From the human T2T-CHM13v2.0 reference genome, Homo sapiens, in assembly GCF_009914755.1 (NCBI RefSeq), contig NC_060926.1: 64,000 nucleotides of DNA; one strand, written 5' to 3'. Below the pieces are notes generated by a model. The model was given only the letters and a program-made list of their open reading frames with translations. It searched no databases and had not been told where the DNA came from. How positions within the stretch are numbered: position 1 is the first letter of the stretch; the number at the start of each line of letters is the position of its first letter. Shown piece after piece: positions 39,903 through 51,819 of the stretch. Made by a program: the position numbers and the translations under genes.

Positions 39903-40587
39903 TCACCCTGCCATCTTGTCCTGTTATAAGAAAATGCGCTTACATACTTTTTGGTGTCACAGAATTAGAATGAACACATCTGTCGAGAATTGATTCATTT
40001 TCTTTCTAGTTGAGATGTATACCATGCACTGGGTGATGAAGCTTTGGTATGCATGCTGGGCAAGAATAAGTAGTCAGCTACTCCCTGAAGTGTGAATTCC
40101 CTCTCCATGGCAACGAAAACTCTCTGCCATTAGAAAAGTGGGCTTTTGTGTATACATATACACAAAATATTTTTTATGTTTACATATCTCAGAAAAAGTA
40201 CTAAAGATGAGGCACTTTTTAAAATTAAAAACTTGTCTTTGAGTTTAAAAAAAAAACTAAATGTAGCAGATTTAACATTTTCTGTTGTTCCACAATTAGT
40301 CAACAAAAATCAAAGTTGAGGAAAAGAGATGAGAATTACTCTAAATTCTATAGAGAATTGCAAATGATTTGGATTAGACATCACTTCCAATTAATAGAAT
40401 ATGGAAAATGTCACTTCCAAGATTAGGTTATGAAAAAGTGCTGACTTTGTTTGCTTACTCTCTCTCATTATTTCTCTTGCTTACCTTAAGCGAAACCAGC
40501 TACCATGTTGTGACCTGCGTGGACAGGTCCATGTAATAAAGAACTAATGTCTATAGTCAACAACTCAAGAGAGATCTTGAGGCCTGC

Positions 40588-41416
40588 TATTCTGGGTTGA
40601 ATTTCATCCCACCACCCCCTAAATTCATATGTTGAAGACCTAACTCCTAGTACCTCAGAATGTGACTGAATTTGGGGGCTGAGTATTTACTGAGGTACAG
40701 TCATATATGGCTTAATGATAGAGACACATCTGAGAAATGCCTTCATGCATTGATTTTGTCATTTTGTAAATATCATAGATCTTTCTATGCATCATAGATC
40801 AAATATTTCAGAGATACATTTTACACAAGCTAGATCACATTTCTCAGTTGTATCTTACACAAGCTAGATGATATAGCCTACTACACACCTGGGCTATATG
40901 GTATAGCCTATTCCTCCTAGGGTATAAACTTGTACAGCATCCTGTTCAGTTCCTGTAATGAATACTGTAGGAAATTGTAACATAATGGTATTTGTGTATC
41001 TATACACATCTAAACATAAAAAGGATACCATAAAGTACAATATTATAATTGTATGGGACCTCTGTTGCTTATGTGGTCTGTTGTTGACCAAAATGTAGTT
41101 ATGCAGTGAATGACCAATTAAGTTAAAATGGGTTATTAAGGTGAGTTTAATCTAACATACCTGATATTTTAATAAGAAGAGAAAATTTGGACACAGACAA
41201 AGAGAAGACAATGTGAAGGTATAGGAAGACAATGGCCATCTACAAGCCATGGAGTCTTGGAACAAACCCCTTTCTCATGGCTCTCAGAAGAAACCAATCC
41301 TATCAACACCTTGATCATGGTCTTCTACCCTTTGGGAATCATTATAAAATAAATTTCTGTTGTTTAGACTACCCAATCCGTGGACTTTGTTATAGCAACC
41401 CACGCAGACTAAAATA
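40588..41416 (+). mobile_element. MLT1B-like LTR, split by Tigger3a
   Basis: 'gggttgaatt...aaattcatatgttgaag.cctaac...cagaatgtgactg' and 'aataaatttctgttgttta...ttgttatagcaacc...gactaaaata'; 5-bp TSD (C/T)CTGC at 40583-40587 and 41417-41421. Confidence 0.85.
40698..41116 (+). mobile_element. Tigger3a (MER7-type) non-autonomous DNA transposon
   Basis: TA then CAGTCAT...CTTAA terminal repeat; 'tagatgatatagcctactacacacctgggctatatggtatagcctatt'; ends 'gttatgcagtgaatgac'. Confidence 0.9.
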
Positions 41417-42135
41417 TCTGCCAACAACCATGTGAGCTCACTCACTCACATGGTTAGTGAGCTCTTTTGAGGCCTGTCAACACCCAGGTGAGCGTGCTTG
41501 AAGGAAACTTCTCTCCCAAGTTGAACCTTTGGAAATGGTTACAGACATACCGGAAACAGGTAGGCCCAGAATGGGAATCTAGAGTGAGTGAAAATTGAGG
41601 ATGGTTTGGGCTTAGTGTAAAGGTAGAAGTGAATTCATCCAAAGTGCTGATGGATATTTAAATCTAAAGTTTAAGAGTGAAGCCAGTTCATATTGATATA
41701 AATATCTAAATTATGAGGATACATTTCTGAGCTAGAAAATACATATCATGAAAATCAATGTGGCAATAATAAAGCTTTGGAAAATATGCAGTTTGCAGTT
41801 TTAGTATTATAGTGGGAGAGAGGAACCATCAGGAAGCCAAGGAAAGAAAAATCCCAGAGGTTACATTTGTCTTGAAACCAAGAGGAAATGACTTCATCTT
41901 AAAATTAACAAAATAAAAGAATCATCTAAGAGATTTCTGTTTTTGTTTTTTTGTTGCTGTTTGTTTGTTTGTTTTTCCCAGATGAGAATGTATACCAGAG
42001 AAGTCTTTTATAAACCTCATTTTCCTCACCTTCCATATTTCATCAGTCACCTTCAATGGTACCATATTTCTTTCAGGCTCCATTTTAATCTCAACCTGGA
42101 CTTCACACCCTTTTATCTGTTGTCCAGGGCCAAGC

Positions 42136-43044
42136 TTATAGGGTTTCGCTGTGTGCCCACCCAGAATCTCATCTTGAATTTTAATAATCCCCATGTGTCA
42201 AGGGCGGGACCAGGTGGAGATAATTCTATCATGGGAACAGTTTCTCCCATACTGTTCTCATAGTGCGTGAGTTCTCATGAGATCTGATGGCTTTATAAAG
42301 GGCTTTTCCCTTCATTCAGCTCTCATTCTTCTCCTTGCTGCCACTATGTGAAGAAGGATGTGTTTGCTTCCCCTTCTACCATGCTTGTAAGTTTCCTAAA
42401 GCCTTCCCAGCCATGCTGAACTGTGAGTCAATTAAACCTCTTTTCTTTATAAATTACCCAGTCTCGGGTATGTCTTTGTTAGCAGCATGAGAAGTGACTC
42501 ATACAGTAAACTGGTACTGCAGAGAGTGGGGTGCTGCTATAAGGCTACCCAAAATGTGACCCGTAAATGTTCCAAAGCAACTTTGGAACTGGGTAACAGG
42601 CAGAGATTTTAACAGTTCAGAGGGCTTAGAAGAAGGTAGGAAAATGTGGGAAAGTTTCGAACTTCTTACAGACTTGGAGGGCTCAGAAGAAGATAGGAAG
42701 ATGTGGGAAAGTTTGGAACTTCCTAGAGACTTTTTGAATGGCTTTGACCAAAATGCTGATAGTAATGTGGACAGTGAAGTCCAGGCTGAGGTGGTCTCAT
42801 ATGGAGATGAGAACTTGTTGAGAAATGGAATAAAGGTAGCTCTTGCTATGCTTTAGCAAACAGACTGGTGGCATTTTGCCCCTGCCCTAGAGATCTGTGG
42901 AACTTTGAACTTGAAAGAGATGATTTATGGTATCTGGCAGAAGAAACTTCTAAGCGGCAAAGCATTCAAGAGGAAGCAGAGCATAAACGTTTAGAAAATT
43001 TGCAGGCTAATGATGCAATAGAAAAGAAAAACCCATTCTGGGGG
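42136..43044 (+). mobile_element. THE1D-like 5' LTR (42136-42505) plus truncated internal region
   Basis: LTR with 'atgtgaagaaggatgtgtttgcttccccttc' ending 'gactcataca', then 'gtaaactggtac' internal start; stops at 'cccattctgggg' with no 3' LTR. Confidence 0.92.
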
Positions 43045-43329
43045 ATATATTTTAAATATTGCTAGGCCGTCAAAACAACTACAGATTGATGCATGTCCTT
43101 AATTTTCCTAAGTCTTATGTGAAGTCTAGGCAGAGCAGCCACTCAGGCACTCCCAGAGCCCCAGGAGCTTTAAATACCCGGGCTTCCCAGCAAAAGAGGC
43201 TGCAACTCTGGCAAAGTAGAAGGTTAAACTCACATACATACCCCTAGGGTTGAATCCAGGGGGCTGCACAGTGACGTCTATAGGCCCCACTTCCACAACA
43301 CCTCGCAGGATAAGACACACTGGCTTGGA

Positions 43330-44480
43330 ACTCCAGCCAGCCATGGGTGACTACATTACACCTCCCTGAGGTGGAGCTCCCAGAGGGACAGGTGGGCCAC
43401 CATCTTTGCTGTTTAACTGACTTAGTCGTTGTTGCCTTGGGGCTCTGGGGAATCTGAGACAACTAGGGACTGAAGTGGTCCCCTGTCACAGTACAGCAGC
43501 TCTGTGGAGAGATGGCCAGACTCTAGTCCTAGATCTTGGTTCTCTTCACTAGGTGCAGTCTCCAGACTGAGGTGAGGTCTACAACCACCCTCATCAATTT
43601 TTTCCAGCCAGCAGCATTTCCAAACCACCTTGGAATGGAGCTCCCAGAGAGAGTGGCCAAGCTCCATCTTTGCTGTTTCTCAGCCTTAGGTGCTGTTGCT
43701 TTCAGGCTTTGGAGAGTCCGAAGCAACTAGGGGCTGGAGTGGACCCTCAGCACAGCACAGCTGCTCTCTAAAAAGTGACCAGACTGCTTTTTTATGCGAG
43801 TCCCTAATCCTGTTTCTCCTCACTGGGTGGGACCTGCCAACTGGGGTCCCCAACCACCCTGGGCAGTGGGTTCAGGTGGGTGACAGGTTTGTGCCTCCCT
43901 GGAGTGGAGCTCCCAGAGGAAGGGGCAAGCTGCCATTTTTGCTGTTTCGTAGCCATCACTGTTGATATAGCCTTTAGGTACTGGAAAATCTGAGGCGACT
44001 ATGGACTGGAGCAGACTCCCAGTGAACTGCAGCAGCCCTAAGGAGGTGGCCAGACTCTTTGTTTTGTGGGTCCCCAATCCAGTATCTCCCTACTGGGTGA
44101 GTTCTACCAGCACTGCAGTGGCAGTGGCAGAGGGGCTTTCAATTGCCCCTGGGGGCTCCACCTCAAGGAATTTGGAGCCACTGTTACTGGGAGTGTTCAG
44201 CCAGTGAGGTGAAGCAGCTGCACTGCTGCCATAAGCTTGGGGGCCTGCTTGCTGGGGAGCTTGTTGGGTCTCCAGCCACACCCTCTAGGGCTATTGAGCC
44301 TGTAGCAGCTCTGCAACTCCCTGTGACAGAGCTCCCAGTGTGGGCGTGGGGGATGCCATATTTGCTGTTTCATAGCCCTAGTCCTTGCTGTCTCCAGGCT
44401 CCGGAGAGTCCTTGGGGACCAGGGTTTGGTCCTGACCTCCAGCACAGAGCAGCCACCTCACAGAAAAGTGGTCAGACTGT
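43330..44480 (+). repeat. About four ~265-bp tandem monomers in the L1 5' UTR
   Basis: 'gagctcccag....ccat.tttgctgttt' recurs near 43374, 43638, 43907 and 44329; the last interval is lengthened by the inverted insert. Confidence 0.82.
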
Positions 44481-47400
44481 TCCCCATGGAGGCCTGACTT
44501 CTAGGGGAGACCCAACAAGCTCCCCAACGAGCAGGGCCCCAAGCTTATGCCAGCAGTGCGGATGCTCCACCTCACTGGCTGAACACTCCCAGTAACAGCG
44601 GCTCCAAATTCCTTGGAGGTGGAGCCCCCAGGGGCAATTCCTCACTTCTCACTGGGCAGGGCTGCCTGATATGGGACTCCATCACAACCACCCTGCCTGT
44701 AACTCACCACTTCAATCAGAGGCAGCCCAGCATTTCTCTGAAGAGGAAACCCAGAGTCAACCAACAACCCTTCTGGCACTGCAGTTACAGTGGTATTTAT
44801 TACCCTAACAGTCCTTGGGATGGGGAAAGAACAAAGAACAAAGTGCGTAGTCACTACGCTGACACCTCCAGCACACTGCAGCCACCATTTGGAGAGGAGT
44901 CCAGCCCCTCTTCGCCAGTTGGGACTCCTGGCTCATGACTGTGGACCAGTCACCCTACACGGCTGAGCATACTCACTTCTAGTGGCCCAGAGTTTTCCTA
45001 GAAAGAGGCTCCCAGAGGCATTTGACAACTCCTCTGCCACTGCCACAGCAGCACTTTAATCCCTGCTGCCCTTGGGGAAGAAACAAAGAGCCTAGGGCTA
45101 CACTGAGCTTACAGCAACCCACAATTATGATACTGAGAGGAGATCAGTCTCTCCTCCTGGTGAGCCTTTGACCCCCTCCTCCCCAACAAGCAGGGCCCCA
45201 AGCTCATGCCAGCAGTGCAGCTGCTCCACCCCACTGGCTGAACACTCCCAGTAACAGCGGCTCCAAATTCCTTGGAGGTGGAACCCCCAGTGGCAATTGA
45301 AAGCCCCTCTGCCACTGCCACTGCAGTGGTACTACCCCTGCTACCCTCAGACTAACAAAGGAGCAAAGACCATAAGTATCTGTCCACACCTCCAACAAGT
45401 AGCAGTTGATCCAAGGATAGGAGGCCGGTCCATCTTCCATGGGTAACACCCACTCCCACTGTTCATAAATAGGCAGGGAACCGCTGGCTCGGGTCCACAG
45501 CACAGGACCCCCATCTTGGGCTAATCACGCTGAGTGGTTGCTAACCTGAATCTCCTGGGGTGGAGCTCCCAGGAGACAAGTAAAAGACCTTCAGCCACAA
45601 CCACTGCTAAGGTCCCTTCCTCTGCTGCCTCCAAGTTGGGGAGAAAACATAAACCCTGAGATTATACCAGAGATATGATGGGAAGCCCAGGAGTACTAAG
45701 CTGTGATCTATGTCCAGCACTCAAATGGGAGGAGAGCCCACACTGTCAGAGCACCAAGAGGGAGAACAACTGCAAATGTGAGGAAATATAGGGGAGCCAC
45801 ACAACTGAGCAAAAGCCTACCAACTGACTGCTACACTTAAGTGCCACCTACTGGATCACACCTCAAAGCTTCAACACCAAAACTACCTCACTAGCATAAC
45901 CCCCTGTGAAACCAAATATAAGTCAGCTGCAAATAAAGACCCTGTACAAAGGCTCAGTCCTGTGAAGATTCAGAAAATAAGCCTACTGACTGTACTCAAT
46001 GTATATGACATTTAAAGAAATACCCACATTCAGAGATGAGAAACAAACCAATGCAAGAACTCCAGCAACTAATCGGCCAGAGTGTCTTATGTCCTCCAAA
46101 CAACTGCACTAGTTCTCCAACAAGCATTCTTAACTAGGGTGAGTTTGCTGAAAATACAGAACTGGAATTCAGAATATGGATAAGAATAAAAATCAAAATT
46201 CAGGAGAATACTGTAACATAATCCAAGGAAACTAAGAATCACAATAAAACAATACAAGAGCTGACAGACAAAATAGGTAGTATAAAAAAGAACCTAAATT
46301 ATCTGATAGAACCAAAAAACATACTACAAGAATTTTGCAATGCAATTGCCAATATTAACAGCAGAGGGAACCAAGCTGAGGAGGAATCTCAGAACTTGAA
46401 GTTTCGCTGTCTGAAACAATACAGTCAACAAAAATAAAAAAGAACAGAAGGGAACAAGCAAAACATTTGAGACATAGGAGATTATGTAAAGAAGCCAAAT
46501 CTACAAATCATTAGCATCCCTGAAAGTGACAGGGAGAAAGCAAACAACTTGAAAAACACATTTCAGGATATTATCCATGAGAACTTCCCGAACCTAGCTA
46601 GGGAGGCCAATATTCAAATTCAGGAAATGCAGAAAACCTCTGGCTTGGGCCCATTCAAAAATAGATCATCCTCAAGATACATAATCATCAGATTCCCCAA
46701 GGTCAAAATGAAAGAAAAAATAATAAAGGCAGTAAGAGAGAAAGGACAGGTCACCTGTAAAGGGAAGCTCATCGAACTAAAAGCATACCTCTCAGCAGAA
46801 ACCCTGTAAGACCGAAGAGATTGCAGGCCTATATTCAGTATTCTTAAAAAGAAAAGTAACTCCAACCAAGACTTTCATATCCAGCCAAACTAAACTTCAT
46901 AACTGAAGGAAAAATAAGATCCTTTTCAGCCAAGTAAATGCTGAGGGAATTTTTTTTTTTTTATCACCAGACATGCCTTACAAGAGCTCCTAAAAAAATT
47001 ACTAAATCTTGAAAGTAAAGCCCATTACCAACCACTACAAAAACACACTTAAGTACACAGACCAGTGATACTATAAAGCAACCACACAAACAAGTTGACA
47101 TAATAAACAGCTAATAACACAATGACAGGATCAAATCCACACATATCAATATTAACCTTTAATGTAAACATGCTAAAAGCCCCAATTAATAGGTAGAGAA
47201 TGGCAAGCTGGATAAAGAAGCAAGATCCAATTGTATGCTATCTTCAAGAGATCTAACTCACATGCAATGACACCCAGGCTCAAAATAAAGGGATGGAGGG
47301 AAATCTGCCGAGGAAATGGAAATCAGAAAAAAAGCAGAGGTTGCAATCCTAACTTCAGACAAAACAGACTTTAAACTAACAAAGATCAAAAAAAGGCAAA

Positions 47401-49902
47401 AAGGGCATTACATAATGGTAAAGGATTCAATTCAACAAGAAGACCTAACTATCCAAAATGTATATGCACCCAACACGAGATCACCCAGATTCATAAAGTA
47501 AGTTCTAAGGACCTTCAAAGACACTTATATTCTCACACAATAATAGTGGGAGACTTTAACACCCCACTGACATTATTAGACAGATCATTGAAGCAGAAAA
47601 TTAACAAAGATATTCAGGATCTGAACTCAACATTGGACCAAATGGATATGATAGATGTGTACAGAACTCTCCACCCTGAGACAACAGAATATATATTCTT
47701 CTTATTGCCACATGACACATACTCTAAAATTGACCACACGCTGAAACATGAAACAATCCTCAACAAATGCAAAGAACCGAAATGACACCAAACACACTCT
47801 CAGACCACAGCAGAATGAAAATAAAATCAAGACTAAAAAATTAATCAAAACTATACAATGACAGGAAATTAAACAACCTGATCCAGATGACTTTTTTTGG
47901 GTAAATAATTAAGGCAGAAATCAAGAAGTTCTTTGAAGCTTGTAGAACAAAGATGCAACATGCCAGAATCTCTGGGATATAGCTAAGGCAGTATTACTAG
48001 GGAAATTTATAGTACTAAATGCCCACACCAAAAAGTCAGGAAGATCTCAAATTAACAGCCTAATATCACAAGTAGAAGAACTAGAGAAGCAAGATCAAAC
48101 CAACTCCAAAGCTAACAGAAGATCACAAATAACCCAAATCAGAGTTGAACTGAAGATCAAGGCACAAAAGTGTATTAAAAAATTCACCAAATCCAGGAGA
48201 TGGTATTTTGAAAAATATAATAGATAGGCCACTTGCTAGACTAACAAAGAAAAGAGAGAAGATCCAAATAAATACCATCAGAAATGATAAAGGAGATTTT
48301 ACCACTAACCCCCCAGAAAAACACATAACAATTATAGGCTGATATGAACACCTCTATGCACACAAACTAGAAAACCTAGAAGACATGGATAAATATCTGG
48401 ACACATACACCCTCCTGAGACTGAAGCAGAAAGAAATTGTTTCCCTGAGCAGACCAATAATGAGCTCCAAAATTGACTCAATAATAAATAGTCTGCCAAG
48501 CAACAAAAGGCCCAGGACTAGGCAGATTCACAGCCAACTTCTACCAGATGTACAAAGAAGAGCTGGTAATATTCCTACTAAAACTATTTCAAAAAATTGA
48601 TGAGGAGGGACTGCTTCCCAACTCATTCTGTGAGGCCAGCATCACCGTGATACCAAACCCTGGCAGAGACAAAACAAAAAAGAAAACTTCAGGCCAGTAT
48701 ACTTGATGAACATCTGTGCAAAAACACTCAAGAAAATACTTGCAAACTGAATCCAGCAGCACAACAAAATGCTAATCCACCACAATCAATTAGACTTTAT
48801 CCCTGGGATGCAAGGTTGGTTCAACATACACAAATCAATAATGTGATTTATCACATAAACAGAACTAAAGATAAATATTACATGATCATCTCAATAGAAG
48901 CAGAAAAGGCTTTCAATAAAAAGCCTTTATTATGTTAAAAATAATATAGGCTTTATGTTAAAAAACTGTCAATAAACTAGGTATTGGAGGAACATACCTC
49001 AAAATAATAAGAGCCATTTATGACAAACCCAAAGCCAACATCATACTGAATGGACAAAGGCTGGAAGTATTTCCTTTGAAAACTGGCACAAGACATGGAT
49101 GCCATCTCTCACCACTCCTATTCAACATAATATTGGAAGCCCTGACCAGAGCAATCAGGCAAGAGGAAGAAATAAAAGGAATCTAAATAGGAAGAGAGGA
49201 TGCCAAACTATCCCTGTTTGCAGATGACATGATTGTCTAACTAGAAAATGCAATAGTCTCTGCCCAAAAGCTCCTTAAAATGATAAACACTTCAGCAAAG
49301 TTTCAGGATACAAAATCAACATGCAAAAATCACTGGCATTCCTATACACCCACAAAAATAAATATGAGTGCCAAATAAGGAATGCAATACCATTCACAAT
49401 TGACACAAAAAGAAATAAAATACTTAGGAATACAGCTAACTATGGAGGTGAAATATCTCTAAAATCAGAATTACAAAACACTGCTCAAAGAAATAAGAGA
49501 TGACACAAACAAATGGAAAGATTTCATGATGAAGATACTAAAAGCATGGCAACAAAAGCAAAAATTGGGGATCTAATTAAACCTAATTGTTTTCTGCATG
49601 GCAAAATAACTTATCAACAGATTAAATAGGCATATTACAAAATGGAGAAAATATTTGCAAACTATCCATCTGACAATGATCTAATAACCAGCATTTATAA
49701 GAAACTTAAACAAATTTGCAAGAAAAAAAGCAAACAACCCCATTAAAGTGTGGACAAAAACCATGAACAGCCTCTTCTCGAAAGAAGACATACCTGTGGC
49801 CAACAATAATATGAAACAAAAGCTCAACATCCCTGATCATTAGAGAAGTGCAAATTGAAACCATAATGTGATACCATCTCACACCAGTCATAATGGTTAT
49901 TA

Positions 49903-49955
49903 TTAAGTTGGTGCAAAAGTAACTGGTTTTTGCCGTTAGTTTTGCATCAACCTAA
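49903..49955. mobile_element. MADE1, internally deleted
   Basis: TA + TTAAGTTGGTGCAAAAGTAA...TTTTGCATCAACCTAA + TA, inserted in L1 ORF2. Confidence 0.92.
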
Positions 49956-50727
49956 TATTAAAAAGTCAAAAAATAACAGATGCTGGTGAGGTTGTGGAGA
50001 AAAGGGAATGCTTATACATGTTGATTGGAGTGTAAATTTCCTCAACCATTGTGGAAAGCAATGTGGCAATCCCTCAAAGAGTTAAAAAGAGAACTATTCC
50101 ATCCAGCAATCCTATTGCTGAGTATATACACAAAGGAATATCAATTTTTCTACCATAAAGACGCATACATGTGTATGTTCATTCCAGCACTATTTACGAT
50201 AGCAAAATATGGAATCAACCTAAATGCCCATCAGTGGTAGAGTGGATAAAGAAAATATGGTATGTCTACACCATGGAATACTATGCAGCCATAAAAAAGA
50301 ACAAGATTATATCTTCTGCAGGAACATGGATGGAGTTGAAGGCCATCATTCTTAGCAAACTAATGCAGGAATAGAAAACCAAATATCACATGTTCTCATT
50401 TATAAGTGGGAGCCAAATGATGAGAACACATGGACATAAAGTGATACTGGAGCATACTTGAGGGTGGAAGGTGGAGGAGGGGGAGGATTAGAAAAAATAG
50501 CTATTGAGTATTAAGCTTAGTACCTGGGTGATGAAATAATCTGTACAACTAACCCCAGTGACAAGAATTTACCTATATAACAAACGTACACATGTACCCC
50601 TAAACCTAAAATAAAAGTTAAAACATGGAAAAAAAATAAATATTGTTTGTAATCCTACTACATGTTGGTAACCACCATAAACTTTTGGCCTTTATCTTTT
50701 CAGTATTTTTCTATATGTATGTAATTA

Positions 50728-51066
50728 CCATCAGTCCTCTGTATTTGGTGGGTTCTACATCCATGTATTCAACCAACTGAGGATTGAAAATATTTTTAAA
50801 AAAGATAGTTCCATGGTTGCATTTATACTGAAAATGTACAGACTTTTTTTTCTTGTCATTCTCCAAACAATATAACAACTATTTATATAGGATTTACATT
50901 GTTTTATGTATTATAAATACTCTAGAGGCTATTTAAAGTATACAGGAGGATGTGCATGGGTTATATGCAAATACTACATGATTTTACATAAGGAACTTGA
51001 GCATTTATAGATTTTGGTATTCACAAGGGGTCCTGGAACCACTCCCTAAAGAAACTAATGGCCAAT
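50728..51066. mobile_element. MER2 DNA transposon
   Basis: 'ctctgtatttggtgggttctacatccatgtattcaaccaac...aaagtatacaggaggatgtgcatgggttatatgcaaatactac...ggggtcctggaacca'. Confidence 0.88.
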
Positions 51067-51089
51067 CCTCTTGATTTAATTATTTAATT

Positions 51090-51400
51090 TGGGATTATAT
51101 TTTATATTGTATGATAACCTGCTTTTATCACTTAAAATTCATGCTGAAAATTTTACACATTTTCACATTTTTCCAGGCATGATTTTTAATAGCTACATAA
51201 TAAATACTTGTATGGGTATACTCTAATTGGTATAATCTGTTTGCTACTATTGGTCATGAAGGTGATTTTCCTATATCATAGAAATCCTCATTTGTATTTT
51301 ACCCTCTGTCATTGAGAGAAATTCCTAGAAGAGAATAGGAATATTCTTAAGGCATTTGATTTGTATTGTCAAATTGTTCTGCAAAAAAGTCGTATTACAA
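51090..51400 (-). mobile_element. Highly degenerate L1ME-like fragment (also probably 50646-50727)
   Basis: 'ctgcttttatcacttaa', 'tttttaatagctacataata', 'aattcctagaag', 'tattgtcaaattgttctgcaaaa'. Confidence 0.55.
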
Positions 51401-51499
51401 ATTTGGGAAGAATTGGGGTATTTACAAAATGCATGCTTCCTAACAGAAACATACTAGGTCTCTCCATTTATTTAATTCAACTTTGGCGTTCTGAGGTAA

Positions 51500-51819
<320 letters not shown>

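Larger units (their letters stand above)
40365..41545 (+). mobile_element. MLT1E/F-like LTR hosting a nested MLT1B-like LTR and Tigger3a
   Basis: 'aatagaatatgg...tgtcacttccaagattaggttat...agctaccatgttgtga...tgaggcctgc|caacaaccatgtgag'. Confidence 0.7.
43064..50636 (+). mobile_element. Near-full-length older L1PA (L1PA13-16/L1PREC2-like): 5' UTR to ~46035, ORF1 ~46036-47052, ORF2 from 47122, 3' UTR; disrupted
   Basis: ORF1p fragment 46549-46809 (FQDIIHENFPNLAREANIQIQEMQ); ORF2 start ATGACAGGATCAAAT at 47122; GDFNTPL (47546); RT motif 'ctgtttgcagatgacatg' (LFADDM) near 49214; 3' end 'aacctaaaataaaagttaaaa'; candidate TSD TAAATATTG at 43053-43061 and 50637-50645. Confidence 0.93.

Noticed and set aside
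44143-44595. 150-aa ORF and similar ORFs on the opposite strand
   Set aside because: They come from GC-rich L1 5' UTR sequence, and the repeated peptides merely reflect the inverted triplication.
46036-50372. Retrotransposition-competent L1
   Set aside because: ORF1 and ORF2 are broken by many stops and frameshifts, an internal deletion and a MADE1 insertion.
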